From NCBI GenBank assembly GCA_025362675.1, contig JANYFN010000306.1:1-62594 (forward strand): 62,594 nucleotides of DNA. Direction: 5' to 3'. This stretch comes from Limisphaerales bacterium (GTDB lineage: Bacteria > Verrucomicrobiota > Verrucomicrobiia > Limisphaerales > UBA11358). Positions 39,601 to 48,270 of this stretch are shown piece by piece. The notes under the pieces were generated by a model. It did not search any database, was not told the DNA's origin, and saw only the letters and a program-made list of their open reading frames with translations. Every line of letters starts with the position of its first letter. The first letter of the stretch is position 1. The position numbers were made by a program, and so were the translations under genes.

Positions 39601-40379
39601 ACGTTCACCATCGGGGCATCGGGGTAAGTCTGGCTCCAGTTGGTGCCGCCATCGGAGGTGCGCCAGATGCCGTCGGCAGTGGCGGTAAGCAATATCAAAT
39701 GATTAGTCGGGCAAATGGAAAGGCGGAACACCTCATAAAATGAAGCGTTGGTGGTGGCAGAAAGTTGCCGCCAAGTAGCCCCCGCGTCCGTGGTCTTAAA
39801 AATCCCCCCGCCCCGAAATGGGTCGCCGGAGTTATAGCCTTCGCCAGTGCCAGCATAGATGATGTTGGGCGTCGTCGGATCCATCACCATGCAGGACACC
39901 GCCAGGTTCCCCATGAAATCATTTAGCGGAAACCAACTCGCCGCGCCGTTGGTCGTCTTCCAGATGCCGCCCCGGACGGCGCCAGCATAAAGCGTTTTGG
40001 GATCGGTCGGATGGGTGAGAACCGCGCGCAGGCGTCCGCCGATATTGCCCGGCCCCAATTCGATCCAATTGGTCCGCGCCAGATCCGCCACTTTCGGCTG
40101 CGGGCCGGTGCGTTTGGGGACTTCGCCGCCGATCAAAACGCGCGCATCCACCGCCATCGCTTGTTTCTGCTGCATGGCCTTGGTGATGCCATCGGCGGGA
40201 ATATTTCCGTTCTCATCCTGGAGTTGCAATCGTCTGAACGCCGCTTCCGCCCTATGATCGGTAGGGGTGGGGATTGGTGTTTGGGCGAGTGAGGTTGAAA
40301 GGCAGGCCAACGAAATGACAGTGACGAGTGAGCGGCGCAGTTTTGTGGTTCGCATGTTTTTTTTCATAGGATTTTTCAC
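36603..40379 (-). CDS. Secreted BNR/VPS10-like beta-propeller protein with Ig, LamG, Big and C-terminal domains
   Basis: WIELGPGNIGGR, repeated S/TxDGGxxW Asp-boxes, HADQ, GGAQDNG; YQWQYDG...GLYRVIVSN Ig; FWRLNE...DEVAIF LamG. Confidence 0.88.
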   Translation of the reverse strand: MKNPMKKNMRTTKLRRSLVTVISLACLSTSLAQTPIPTPTDHRAEAAFRRLQLQDENGNIPADGITKAMQQKQAMAVDARVLIGGEVPKRTGPQPKVADLARTNWIELGPGNIGGRLRAVLTHPTDPKTLYAGAVRGGIWKTTNGAASWFPLNDFMGNLAVSCMVMDPTTPNIIYAGTGEGYNSGDPFRGGGIFKTTDAGATWRQLSATTNASFYEVFRLSICPTNHLILLTATADGIWRTSDGGTNWSQTYPDAPMVNVAFHPTDGSKCIASGSPIFTPSRALYSTNAGVTWTQATGIGMAPDGRIEVAYAPSSPNIVYASEDTNGGAIFISTNGGASYSLRNSGKYLTGTNYLGTQGWYANCIWVDPTNLNNLVVGGLDIYRSTDGGSNLTQISQWFSAPTSAHADQQTIASAANFNGTSQTTVYFGNDGGIYSATNIFTVSLTSGWSFLVHNMGVTDFYSSAGNPTSGTIIGGAQDNGSVRYTPSGGSQGWTTWGGGDGGTCAADQTDPNYFYGEYINLQIYRSSDGAVNQTYIFNNLGDSGGVADPGDPDAILSSSANFIAPFILDPNNQNTMLAGGSNLWRSVNVKAASPTNVVWTSIKAGIASGEFIGAIAVAQGNSDIIWVGYNDGSIYSTANGTAANPTWTQKNLGTPNLPGRFCNSLTIDSTNANIVYATFGGFSADNVYRTTDGGTTWSNLAGNLPAVPIRTLAIAPFNHNYLYIGTQIGIFGSADYGATWSPNNEGPADVTTAQLTWMRNNLIAATGGRGIWQIPLGPPTAIVTPSPAVAYVGSNITFSASAIGTPTLTYQWQYDGNNISGATSTTFTLNNAQPTNAGLYRVIVSNAEGTVTSSASPLTIILSPPYRTQTLAAGPVAFWRLNETSGPTAIDSVGGFNGTNLGSLILGASGPTAPAFPGFETGNTAYQFNGSDTSVSVPALNLNTNTVTMTAWININALEYYPGIFTWEGSGGSRAQLLLGDHNNQLAFYWNGNLQVSSLVVPSNQWTLVALAVSSTNTILYMATNSTLASWTNTSPNANAAFNSASLLGNSPYGRYSGGMDEVAIFNQTLTGSQIGNLVSASLATLPAVILTAPADGSTLSASPNILLTASVTTNGHAIGAVKFYDSATLLGQSTVPPYQFTWTGATTGIHTLLAQVTYDGSSTISSSPANITVTNAVTVNTTPTNIVASVSGTNLTLSWPFDHIGWRLLSQTNNLANGISRNTNDWATITGSASTNLITIPIIRTNKAGFFRLIYP

Positions 40380-41061
40380 AGCTGTATTGACGGTAAATTT
40401 TTGGAAATAGTGAGCTGTTATCCACGCGAGCCAATAGGGAGATTCCGCTATTGATAGGTGCTTGATTTACTTGACTTGCTCGGCGTGTCTCTTTGAAAAG
40501 TAACCTGACAGATTTTTCTCCTTTGTCGAGGGAATTGAGGCTTGGTGACGGTTACGTTTTGGGAACGGTGGTTCGGGATTAAATCAATTTAACATCCTTC
40601 GTTTGGTCGCTTGGACGCATACGATTCAACGTCGCCAACCAGATAAGTTACACCGATCAAGTGCAAGCTGTAAGTCGAGGAATACTGTGGGAATGAATTG
40701 GCGCTGACGAACACATTTGAACCACTAAATATTTTTGTTTTTGCAAAAGGAATTTTGATTCACCGCAGGAACCGTCGCCGCTGCTCCGTGACGCGAACGG
40801 CGCATGATCCTTACTCCGGGTGGCAGTCAGTGGGGTTGCGTGAGCGTGCGCGCAAAACTCTGGCCTAGTTCGGATCAAGGTAAGTTGCCGTGCCGGAAGC
40901 GAACCGCTTTGCCACTCCGCCGCGCACCCAAGTTCTCATCCTTTTTGTCTGGAAACGCGACTGGTAAGGTTGGAAGTTTTAGTAGCTACGGTTAGGAGTT
41001 GATATTTTAGAATCTGCTTGAAATTCGCGAAGACATTAATGCCATTGATTCAAAGTGGAGT

Positions 41062-41136
41062 TGGTAGCGCATCGGGGAATCGAACCCCGCTATTGGCCTT
41101 GAGAAGGCCATGTCCTAGCCGATAGACGAATGCGCC
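41062..41136 (-). tRNA. tRNA-Glu (anticodon CTC)
   Basis: GGCGCAT/ATGCGCT acceptor stem, TGGCC-TTCTCAA-GGCCA anticodon arm, CGGGG-TTCGATT-CCCCG T-arm, encoded CCA. Confidence 0.97.
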
Positions 41137-41228
41137 AACCGAATTTCATCCTACTCGGCAGCGTCAAAATGTCAACGCGCGCCTATTCAAAACTTGAAAC
41201 CGGAAACCCCAAGCCTGAAACTGTGGCC

Positions 41229-42029
41229 ATGGTTTTGCCCGCCGACCTGCACATGCACACACCGCTTTGCCGCCACGCGAGCGGTGAACCGGTAGATTAC
41301 GCCCGCCGCGCCGTGGAAATCGGTTTGACCGAAATCGGTTTCTCCGATCATTCGCCGATGGCGCGCGATGATTTTGACAACTGGCGGATGCTCGACCGGC
41401 AGCTCGATGAATACGTCGCCAAAGTCCGGCTCGCGCAAAAAACCTTTCCGCAGTTGAATATTTTGCTCGCCCTCGAAGTGGATTATTTGCCCGGCCATGA
41501 AGAATGGATCCGCTCGCTGGCGGCGCGGCACCCTTGGGATTATTTCATCGGCAGCGTGCATTATGTATCCGAGTCGTGGGACATTGATAATCCCGCCAAA
41601 CTTTCTGAATGGAAAAAGCGGGATGCCTTCGAGGTCTGGAAAATTTATTTCGACCGGCTTACGCTCGCAGCGGAATCTAAATTATTCGACATCATCGGCC
41701 ATTGTGATTTGCCGAAAAAATTTGGCATCCGCCCCACGCAGGATTGCACGCCGCTCTACGAAAAATTCTTGGATACCGCCGCCAAAAATAATTGCGCCAT
41801 CGAACTCAACACCGCCGGGTTGCGGAAAGATTGCCAAGAGATTTATCCCAGCCGTGAACTGCTGGCGCTCGCGTTCCAAAAAAATGTGCCGATCACCTTT
41901 GGTTCCGATGCGCACATGCCGGAAGAGGTCGGCCTGAATTTCAGCGACGCCATTCAGCTCGCCCGCGACGTGGGCTACACCAAAACGCTGCGTTTTCAAA
42001 AACGTCAAAGCCGAATCGTCGCACTGTGA
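41229..42029 (+). CDS. Histidinol-phosphatase HisJ/HisK family (PHP domain)
   Basis: DLHMHTPLCRHA, FSDH, IGSVH, IGHCD, ELNTAG, GSDAH. Confidence 0.92.
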   Translation: MVLPADLHMHTPLCRHASGEPVDYARRAVEIGLTEIGFSDHSPMARDDFDNWRMLDRQLDEYVAKVRLAQKTFPQLNILLALEVDYLPGHEEWIRSLAARHPWDYFIGSVHYVSESWDIDNPAKLSEWKKRDAFEVWKIYFDRLTLAAESKLFDIIGHCDLPKKFGIRPTQDCTPLYEKFLDTAAKNNCAIELNTAGLRKDCQEIYPSRELLALAFQKNVPITFGSDAHMPEEVGLNFSDAIQLARDVGYTKTLRFQKRQSRIVAL

Positions 42030-43768
42030 ACATGATTGCTGACCGCTCCAAACAACATTTCCGCGCGGTCTGTTTTTTTCTCACGCTCGTCACGGCGGCA
42101 CTTTATTGGCCGATCACCCATCATCCGTTTATCATGTTTGATGATGTGGACTATGTGACTGGCAATCCGTCGGTGAACTCGGGATTAAGTTGGGCCAATT
42201 TTGTCTGGGCTTTCAACGGCGCGCACGCGGCGAACTGGCATCCGCTGACTTGGCTTTCGCATCAACTGGATTGCACGTTGTTTGGCCTGAACGCCGGGCG
42301 ACATCATCTCGGCAATCTGCTGCTACACACGATCAACTCCTTACTAGTGCTGGTTTTTTTGCGCACTGCGACCGGTTCGCTCTGGCGCGGCGCCGTGGTC
42401 GCCGCGCTGTTTGCGTGGCATCCCTTGCACGTCGAATCCGTCGCTTGGGCATCCGAGCGCAAAGATACCTTGAGCACCTTTTTCTGGCTCCTGACGTTGC
42501 TGGCGTATGTCAAATGTGATGCGTGCCGCGTGATGCGTGAAACAGAATCCGGCTCATCACGCATCACACATCACGCATCATTTTGGTATTTCGCCGCGCT
42601 ATTATTTTTCGCGCTCGGCGTGATGAGCAAGCCGATGGTGGTCACGTTGCCTTTTGTTTTGTTGCTGCTGGACGTATGGCCGCTCGACCGAATTTCGACC
42701 GCGCGAAAAGTGAGTTTGCCGAGCTTGATAATCGAAAAAATTCCTTTTTTCGCTCTCGCCACTATGGGCTGTGCCACGACGTATCTGTCGCAAACAGCCG
42801 CGATGAGTTCGATTTCTTTTTCCGAACGATTGGGGAATGCCGTGCTCGCATACGCTAGTTATGTCGTGAAATTTTTCTGGCCGGATAATCTCGCGATTGT
42901 GTATTCCCACGCAAAACATACGCCGTGGCTATTGGCGTTAGGCGCGCTCGCTCTGCTGTTGCTGTGGACAATTCCGCTGTTACTAAATTGGCGGCGGCGA
43001 CCGTGGCTGGTCGTCGGCTGGCTGTGGTTTCTGGGCACGCTCGTTCCAACAATCGGGCTGGTGCAAGTTGGCGCGCAGTCCATGGCCGACCGCTATACTT
43101 ATATTCCCAGTGTCGGATTTTTTATCGTAGTTGTCTGGGGCGCGGCAGAATTTTTTTCAAGCCAGGTGCATGTAAAATATTTTGGCGCGGCCATCGCAGG
43201 TGTGGCACTCCTCGGTTGCGTGGTGCTGACGACAAAACAAATTACTTACTGGCGCGATAGTATCACGCTGTTCCGCCACGCTTACGAAGTGACGCCGGAT
43301 AATTACGTCGCCGCAAATTCGCTCGGCAAAGCCTATGAGTTAGCGGGCGACAATGCGCGGGCGCTTTACCTGTATCGCGCCGCCGTGGAAATGGAGCCGC
43401 GCTTTCCAGTTAGCCAGTTCAACCTCGCTATGACGCTGCTGGAAAAGGGAGATGACGCTGGCGGGCTGGAACATTTGCAGATCGCTGCCCAGCTACAACC
43501 GGAAAACCCGGACATTCATTTTGACCTCGGCGTTTATTATTCGAGCCATTCAAACTGGGTTGGCGCTGCCCAGTCGTTCAGTAATGCCGTGGCCCTCCGT
43601 CCGCCTTTCGCCACGGCGCACGCATCGCTCGCCCGCGCACTCACGGAGCTGGGGCACTTCCCGGCAGCCGCAGCGCAATACCGAGAAGCGCTCCGTCTGG
43701 AACCGCAAAATGACGCGGCTCAAAGTGGCTGGAAAAAATTATCGGGCGCGCATCCTGAATTGCCCTGA
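42026..43768 (+). CDS. TMTC-like GT-C membrane glycosyltransferase with C-terminal TPRs
   Basis: FDDVDYV, NWHPLTWLS, FAWHPLHVESVAWASERKD, SKPM, ADRYTYIP, WRDSITLF, then TPRs. Confidence 0.85.
   Translation: MNMIADRSKQHFRAVCFFLTLVTAALYWPITHHPFIMFDDVDYVTGNPSVNSGLSWANFVWAFNGAHAANWHPLTWLSHQLDCTLFGLNAGRHHLGNLLLHTINSLLVLVFLRTATGSLWRGAVVAALFAWHPLHVESVAWASERKDTLSTFFWLLTLLAYVKCDACRVMRETESGSSRITHHASFWYFAALLFFALGVMSKPMVVTLPFVLLLLDVWPLDRISTARKVSLPSLIIEKIPFFALATMGCATTYLSQTAAMSSISFSERLGNAVLAYASYVVKFFWPDNLAIVYSHAKHTPWLLALGALALLLLWTIPLLLNWRRRPWLVVGWLWFLGTLVPTIGLVQVGAQSMADRYTYIPSVGFFIVVVWGAAEFFSSQVHVKYFGAAIAGVALLGCVVLTTKQITYWRDSITLFRHAYEVTPDNYVAANSLGKAYELAGDNARALYLYRAAVEMEPRFPVSQFNLAMTLLEKGDDAGGLEHLQIAAQLQPENPDIHFDLGVYYSSHSNWVGAAQSFSNAVALRPPFATAHASLARALTELGHFPAAAAQYREALRLEPQNDAAQSGWKKLSGAHPELP
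42517..42580. repeat. Heptamer-based palindrome inside the TMTC-like CDS
   Basis: tgatgcgtgccgcgtgatgcgtga-N16-tcacgcatcacacatcacgcatca, 21/24 complementary. Confidence 0.8.
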
Positions 43769-43830
43769 TCGGGGCTTCCACTAGCTATTTTTGATTGGCT
43801 TTCAAGTCCCTTTTTTTGAATCATACTCGC

Positions 43831-46734
43831 GTGACTATCACCAATTCCCGACTACCGAAATACGTTGGCTGGGGAGCGTTTGCCATCTACCTGATCACCC
43901 TCGCACACGGGGTGACGATGAACAATCTGACCTGGACTTCCAAGGTGGCCGGTTGGGATCCGCAACCGTTGGGGAACGAGCCGGTATTGTGGTTGCTCAC
44001 ACTGCCCCTTCATTTATTCCCGGCCAGTTGGGCTGCCGTCGAATTAAATATTTTTTCCGCTTTGTGTGGTGCTTGGACGCTTTGTCTGCTGGCGCGCTCG
44101 GTTCAAATCCTGCCGCAGAACCGCACGCCCGTGCAGCGAATTTTCCTGACCAGCAACCGGGGCCTGTTTCTGGGAACAGACAATTGGGCCCCCGCCGTGC
44201 TCGCCGCGGTGCTGTGCGGTTTGGAATTCAGTTTCTGGCAGGAATCAGTCGCCGCCGTCGGCGAAACGCTGGACATCCTTTTGTTCGCTTCCGCATTGCG
44301 TTGGCTGTTGGAATATCGGACGGACCGTAATTCGCGCTACCTCCGCAAAGCCATCTTTCTTTGGGGCGTAGGCATGACGGAAAACTGGGCGATGATCCTC
44401 CTTTTGCCGGTCTTCATCGGCGCCATCATGTGGCTGCGCGGACGCCGGTTCTATTCGATCAAATTTTTGTTCTTCGCCCTGCTTACCGGGCTTGCGGGTT
44501 TTTCGCTGTATGCCATTCCGCCGATCGTTAACAGCCTTTTTCCGCACGCGCCATTAAGTTTTCACGACGCGTGGATCAGTGCGTTGCACGACACGAAAAA
44601 ATCGCTGACCAACGTGCAAAGTTTATTTTGGTATTCGCGCAAAGATGTCGGCGGTTTGCTGCTGGCGTGTTTCATTCTGCCGTTGCTGCCGAGTTTGATC
44701 CGCGTGAGCAGTGACGGTGCCTATCAAAAATCGCTCGTTGAAAAAATCCAGATTCTCTTCTACCACTTCACACATCTGATCATCTTACTGGCTTGTTTGT
44801 GGGTCACCATGGATCCCTTGCTCGGACCGCGTCGGACGTTGGAGAGCCAGATGACCGTGACCATGCCTTTGCTGATCTTTGATTACTTCATCGCGCTCGG
44901 TGCTGGTTACATCGCTGGCTATTTTCTGGTGATTTACAGCGGTTCCTATAAACGCTTGTTCCGTCGTAAAACCGGCAAGCATCGTCCACCCTTCGCCCCC
45001 CGCTGGCTGCGTCGTTTGGCGCCGTTGGTTTTCCAGTCCTTGCCCTTGGCGATGGCAATTCTGCTCTGCCTCAAAAACCTCGCCCCCATCATCGCTCTCA
45101 ACGAACATCCGTTGAAAGACTTTGGCGAACTCGCCGCGAGCAGCCTCCCGGAGAATGGCTCCGGCGTCGTGTTATGTGATGACCCCATGCGCGCCGTAGT
45201 TTTGCGCGCCGCCATGTCCAAAGCCGAAAATCAGCGCTGGCAAGTCGTCAGCAGCACCAGCCTCATCTTTCCCGGCTACCGCGCCCAACTCGAACGCGAA
45301 CATCCTCGCAACTGGGTGACGCCCGCCACCGATCACATGCTCGGTTTGGTCGAGATGTTGCAACTGCTTGATCAGATCGTCCGCACCAGCCAAGTCTTTT
45401 ATCTGCACCCGGCCTACGGTTATTTCTTCGATGCTTTTTATCTCGTGCCCCATGGCGCGGTCTATGAGGTAAAACGTTACGGCGAAAATCTCGAAGATAA
45501 TCTTAACCCGCCACCGCTCAACGGCGAAAGCATCGCCGCCGGCGAAAAATTCTGGGAAAGCGCCTGGCTCAAGAACATCATCGGCACCACCGAAGTCCTC
45601 GCGCATCATCCGCGTGATTTCCTCGACTCCTTCTTCTCTTTTCTGAACACGGAAAAACCCAAGGACAACCAATCGCGACTCCTCGGCCAGTGGTATTCCA
45701 TGGATTTGAACCACTGGGGCGTGACCTTGCAACAACTTCAACAGATGTCCGCCGCGCAACGCCGCTTTGAACAATCACTCGAATGCGCCACCAACAATCG
45801 CGCCGCGCTCTTCAACCTCGCCTGCAATACTAACCTTCAGGCCGGATACAAGTTAAACCTCGGAGGCGTCAGCACGCTCCTCGCCTCGCTCCGCAGCCGT
45901 CAACAATTGAACACCCTCCTTGAACGTTACGGCCCCTTTGACGAACCCAACTTCTGTTACGTCCTCGGCAACGCCAACGCTCAAGCCGGCCTCTATCGTC
46001 AAGCGATGCAAGCCTACGACCGCGCCCTCACGCTCGCCCCCGACGCGCCCGCTTCCGGCTTCGCGCTCGCACAACTCTATTTCAATTGGCACTTGCACGA
46101 CCTCGTGCTTTCCACCGTCAAAAAAATCCGCGACAACCCGCGGTCCGCCGCCGTGCTCAATTCCGTTACCGACAGCGAACTCTCCGTTCTCGAAGCCAAG
46201 TCCTGGGCCGCCCGCACCAACCTCGTCCGCGCCAGCGAAGTGCTCGAAGCCGCCCGCCACCGTTACCCCGCAGATGCGCACGTCCACGATCTCCTGGCCC
46301 AAGCCTATCTGAGTTATGGCGACTACCCAAGCGCTCTGCGTTACGCCAATGAACTCGTCGCGGCCAACCCCAAAGATATCAACGCCCTGACCACCCAATC
46401 CTTCGTGCTCCTCATGATGAATAAGCCGGAACAGGCCGTGCCGGTGCTCGACCAAATTCTCACCGTGACCAACAGTCCCAAAGCCCGGCTGAATCGTGCC
46501 GCCGCCTACGCCCAGCTCGGCAAGCTCAACGAAGCCGAAGCCGATTATAAGCTCCTATCCAATTATCCTGAAGGCGCCTATCAGCTCAACTACGGCCTCG
46601 CCGAAATTGCCATCAAACGCCACGACACCAATGCTGCGATCCAACACCTGGAACTCTGCATCCTCTATTCCAAAATTGGCAGCTCGCAATGGCAGGAAGC
46701 CAAATCGCATCTCCAGTTTTACAAGCACGAGTGA
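43831..46734 (+). CDS. DUF2723/TMEM260-like multi-TM protein with C-terminal TPRs (degenerate active-site motifs)
   Basis: YLITLAHGVT...P..WLL..PL.LFP....A..LNIFSALCGA, SFWQES; start uncertain (GTG 43831 or TTG 43795). Confidence 0.75.
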   Translation: MTITNSRLPKYVGWGAFAIYLITLAHGVTMNNLTWTSKVAGWDPQPLGNEPVLWLLTLPLHLFPASWAAVELNIFSALCGAWTLCLLARSVQILPQNRTPVQRIFLTSNRGLFLGTDNWAPAVLAAVLCGLEFSFWQESVAAVGETLDILLFASALRWLLEYRTDRNSRYLRKAIFLWGVGMTENWAMILLLPVFIGAIMWLRGRRFYSIKFLFFALLTGLAGFSLYAIPPIVNSLFPHAPLSFHDAWISALHDTKKSLTNVQSLFWYSRKDVGGLLLACFILPLLPSLIRVSSDGAYQKSLVEKIQILFYHFTHLIILLACLWVTMDPLLGPRRTLESQMTVTMPLLIFDYFIALGAGYIAGYFLVIYSGSYKRLFRRKTGKHRPPFAPRWLRRLAPLVFQSLPLAMAILLCLKNLAPIIALNEHPLKDFGELAASSLPENGSGVVLCDDPMRAVVLRAAMSKAENQRWQVVSSTSLIFPGYRAQLEREHPRNWVTPATDHMLGLVEMLQLLDQIVRTSQVFYLHPAYGYFFDAFYLVPHGAVYEVKRYGENLEDNLNPPPLNGESIAAGEKFWESAWLKNIIGTTEVLAHHPRDFLDSFFSFLNTEKPKDNQSRLLGQWYSMDLNHWGVTLQQLQQMSAAQRRFEQSLECATNNRAALFNLACNTNLQAGYKLNLGGVSTLLASLRSRQQLNTLLERYGPFDEPNFCYVLGNANAQAGLYRQAMQAYDRALTLAPDAPASGFALAQLYFNWHLHDLVLSTVKKIRDNPRSAAVLNSVTDSELSVLEAKSWAARTNLVRASEVLEAARHRYPADAHVHDLLAQAYLSYGDYPSALRYANELVAANPKDINALTTQSFVLLMMNKPEQAVPVLDQILTVTNSPKARLNRAAAYAQLGKLNEAEADYKLLSNYPEGAYQLNYGLAEIAIKRHDTNAAIQHLELCILYSKIGSSQWQEAKSHLQFYKHE

Positions 46735-47022
46735 GGCAGGTAACGACGCGATGTTCCGGCCGCCTCGCCCCTTAGAGTCCGCTGAACAATCGCGGGGTCA
46801 GGGCCAACTCGCCCTCCAGCGGGCGGAAAATGGAATGTGCGGCGACGGCACGGCGTGTCCGCCCGTCGCAACTGCGCGCGGAACGTTCCGAAGGCCACGC
46901 CCGCCCTTCGCTCCGGCGAGCCTGCCATTGCCTATGGCGACGGCGAAAGAGGCACAGTTGGCCGCGCCGTCGGGACATCCACCTATAAAAGTCCCACTGA
47001 GACGCGCTCCATTGCCAAGTCC

Positions 47023-47135
47023 GCGCGCGCGCTTGGGTAATACCCGCGCACAGTTCGCTCATCCGCGCGCAAACTTCGCTAATAAACGCACAAACTTCGT
47101 TAATCAGGGCACAGACTTCGTTAATAAATGCGTTT
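47023..47135. repeat. Degenerate 21-bp tandem array
   Basis: cgcgcgcgcttgggtaatacc / cgcgcacagttcgctcatccg / cgcgcaaacttcgctaataaa / cgcacaaacttcgttaatcag / ggcacagacttcgttaataaa. Confidence 0.75.
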
Positions 47136-47343
47136 ATGAAGCCACTGCCGGGGCGGAATAATGAATCTAATAACTTTATTATCAGCAGTTTAGACAGAAA
47201 AAATCCAATAAATCGGGGTCTGGTCAAAAAACGACACCCCGGCATCGTTTAGAAAAGAGCGCCAAGCCCGATCCGCTGCGTGCCGCCGGAAATTTTGAAG
47301 AGCCCAACGGCACCCGGCAATTCCAGTCGCCACCCCTTGGCAC

Positions 47344-47375
47344 AAAAAAGCGCGGAAGACTTTCGCCTTCCGCGC
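47344..47375 (-). terminator. Intrinsic terminator of folE2
   Basis: gcgcggaag...cttccgcgc stem followed by a U-run on the minus strand. Confidence 0.8.
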
Positions 47376-47392
47376 GGTTGATTTAAAGGCAG

Positions 47393-48202
47393 CTATTTTT
47401 TCCGCTTCTCAATGCACGCATAGGCATTGTGATTGTGGATGCTCTCAAAGTTTTCCGCCTCGACTTTATACCACGTCACCAGCTTATGGGCGTTGAGGCG
47501 CAGCGCGACGTTGCGCACGAGGTCTTCCACGAAAACGGGATTCTCATACGCGCGCTCGGTCACGGCTTTTTCATCCTGCCGCTTGAGCAACGCATACAGT
47601 TCCGAACTGCCCGAGGCCTCGATCATCGTAATTACTTCCTCGATCCACACCACGGCTTTCGAGCGCAACGCCACGGTCACTTCGCCGCGCTGATTGTGCG
47701 CGCCGTGTTTCGAGATCGCCTTGGAGCAGGGGCAGAGCGTGGTCACATTCACTTTGACGGTGAGCACAAAATCAATTTCCTCCCGACAGGCCGCCGCATC
47801 GAACCGCACGATGTAATCCATCAAACTTTCACGCTGCGACACCGGCGATTTCTTGGACATGAAATACGGAAATTCAATTTCCAGATGCGACGTGGCGGAT
47901 TTTAATTTGGCCTGCAACTCGTGCAGGATTTGGGGAATATTTTCGACGTGGATGATGTTGCCGTGGGCGTTGAGCACTTCCACAAAGCGGCTCATGTGCG
48001 TGCCTTTAAATTCTTTCGGCAGATCCACAAACATCCCGATGGTGGCGACGGTGTTTTGCACCGTGCGCGTCAGATCCTGCACTTGCACGGGAAAGCGCAG
48101 ACCACGCACGCCGACTTTATCAATCCGCAATTCGCGCGTATCGCGTTCGCTTTGCTTGTCGTCCAATTTCACCGGGGATTTCTTTTTACCAATTCCAGAC
48201 AT
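47393..48202 (-). CDS. folE2: GTP cyclohydrolase IB
   Basis: KGTHMSRF, TTLCPCSK, GAHNQR, LKRQDEK, NPVFVED, ESIHNHNA. Confidence 0.96.
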   Translation of the reverse strand: MSGIGKKKSPVKLDDKQSERDTRELRIDKVGVRGLRFPVQVQDLTRTVQNTVATIGMFVDLPKEFKGTHMSRFVEVLNAHGNIIHVENIPQILHELQAKLKSATSHLEIEFPYFMSKKSPVSQRESLMDYIVRFDAAACREEIDFVLTVKVNVTTLCPCSKAISKHGAHNQRGEVTVALRSKAVVWIEEVITMIEASGSSELYALLKRQDEKAVTERAYENPVFVEDLVRNVALRLNAHKLVTWYKVEAENFESIHNHNAYACIEKRKK

Positions 48203-48270
48203 GCGCCTAGTCTAACATTTGTAAACGTTTTGGCAAAACTGTTCGCTTGTAACCACCGTCATCTTTGCTA

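Noticed and set aside
40400..41060. Possible integrase remnant or attR next to tRNA-Glu
   Set aside because: Only a vague resemblance in one stop-ridden frame; no duplicate of the tRNA 3' end found by eye.
46895..46950. Possible degenerate palindromic repeat (ccttcgctccggcgagcc...ggcgacggcgaaag)
   Set aside because: Too degenerate, with no second copy in the window.
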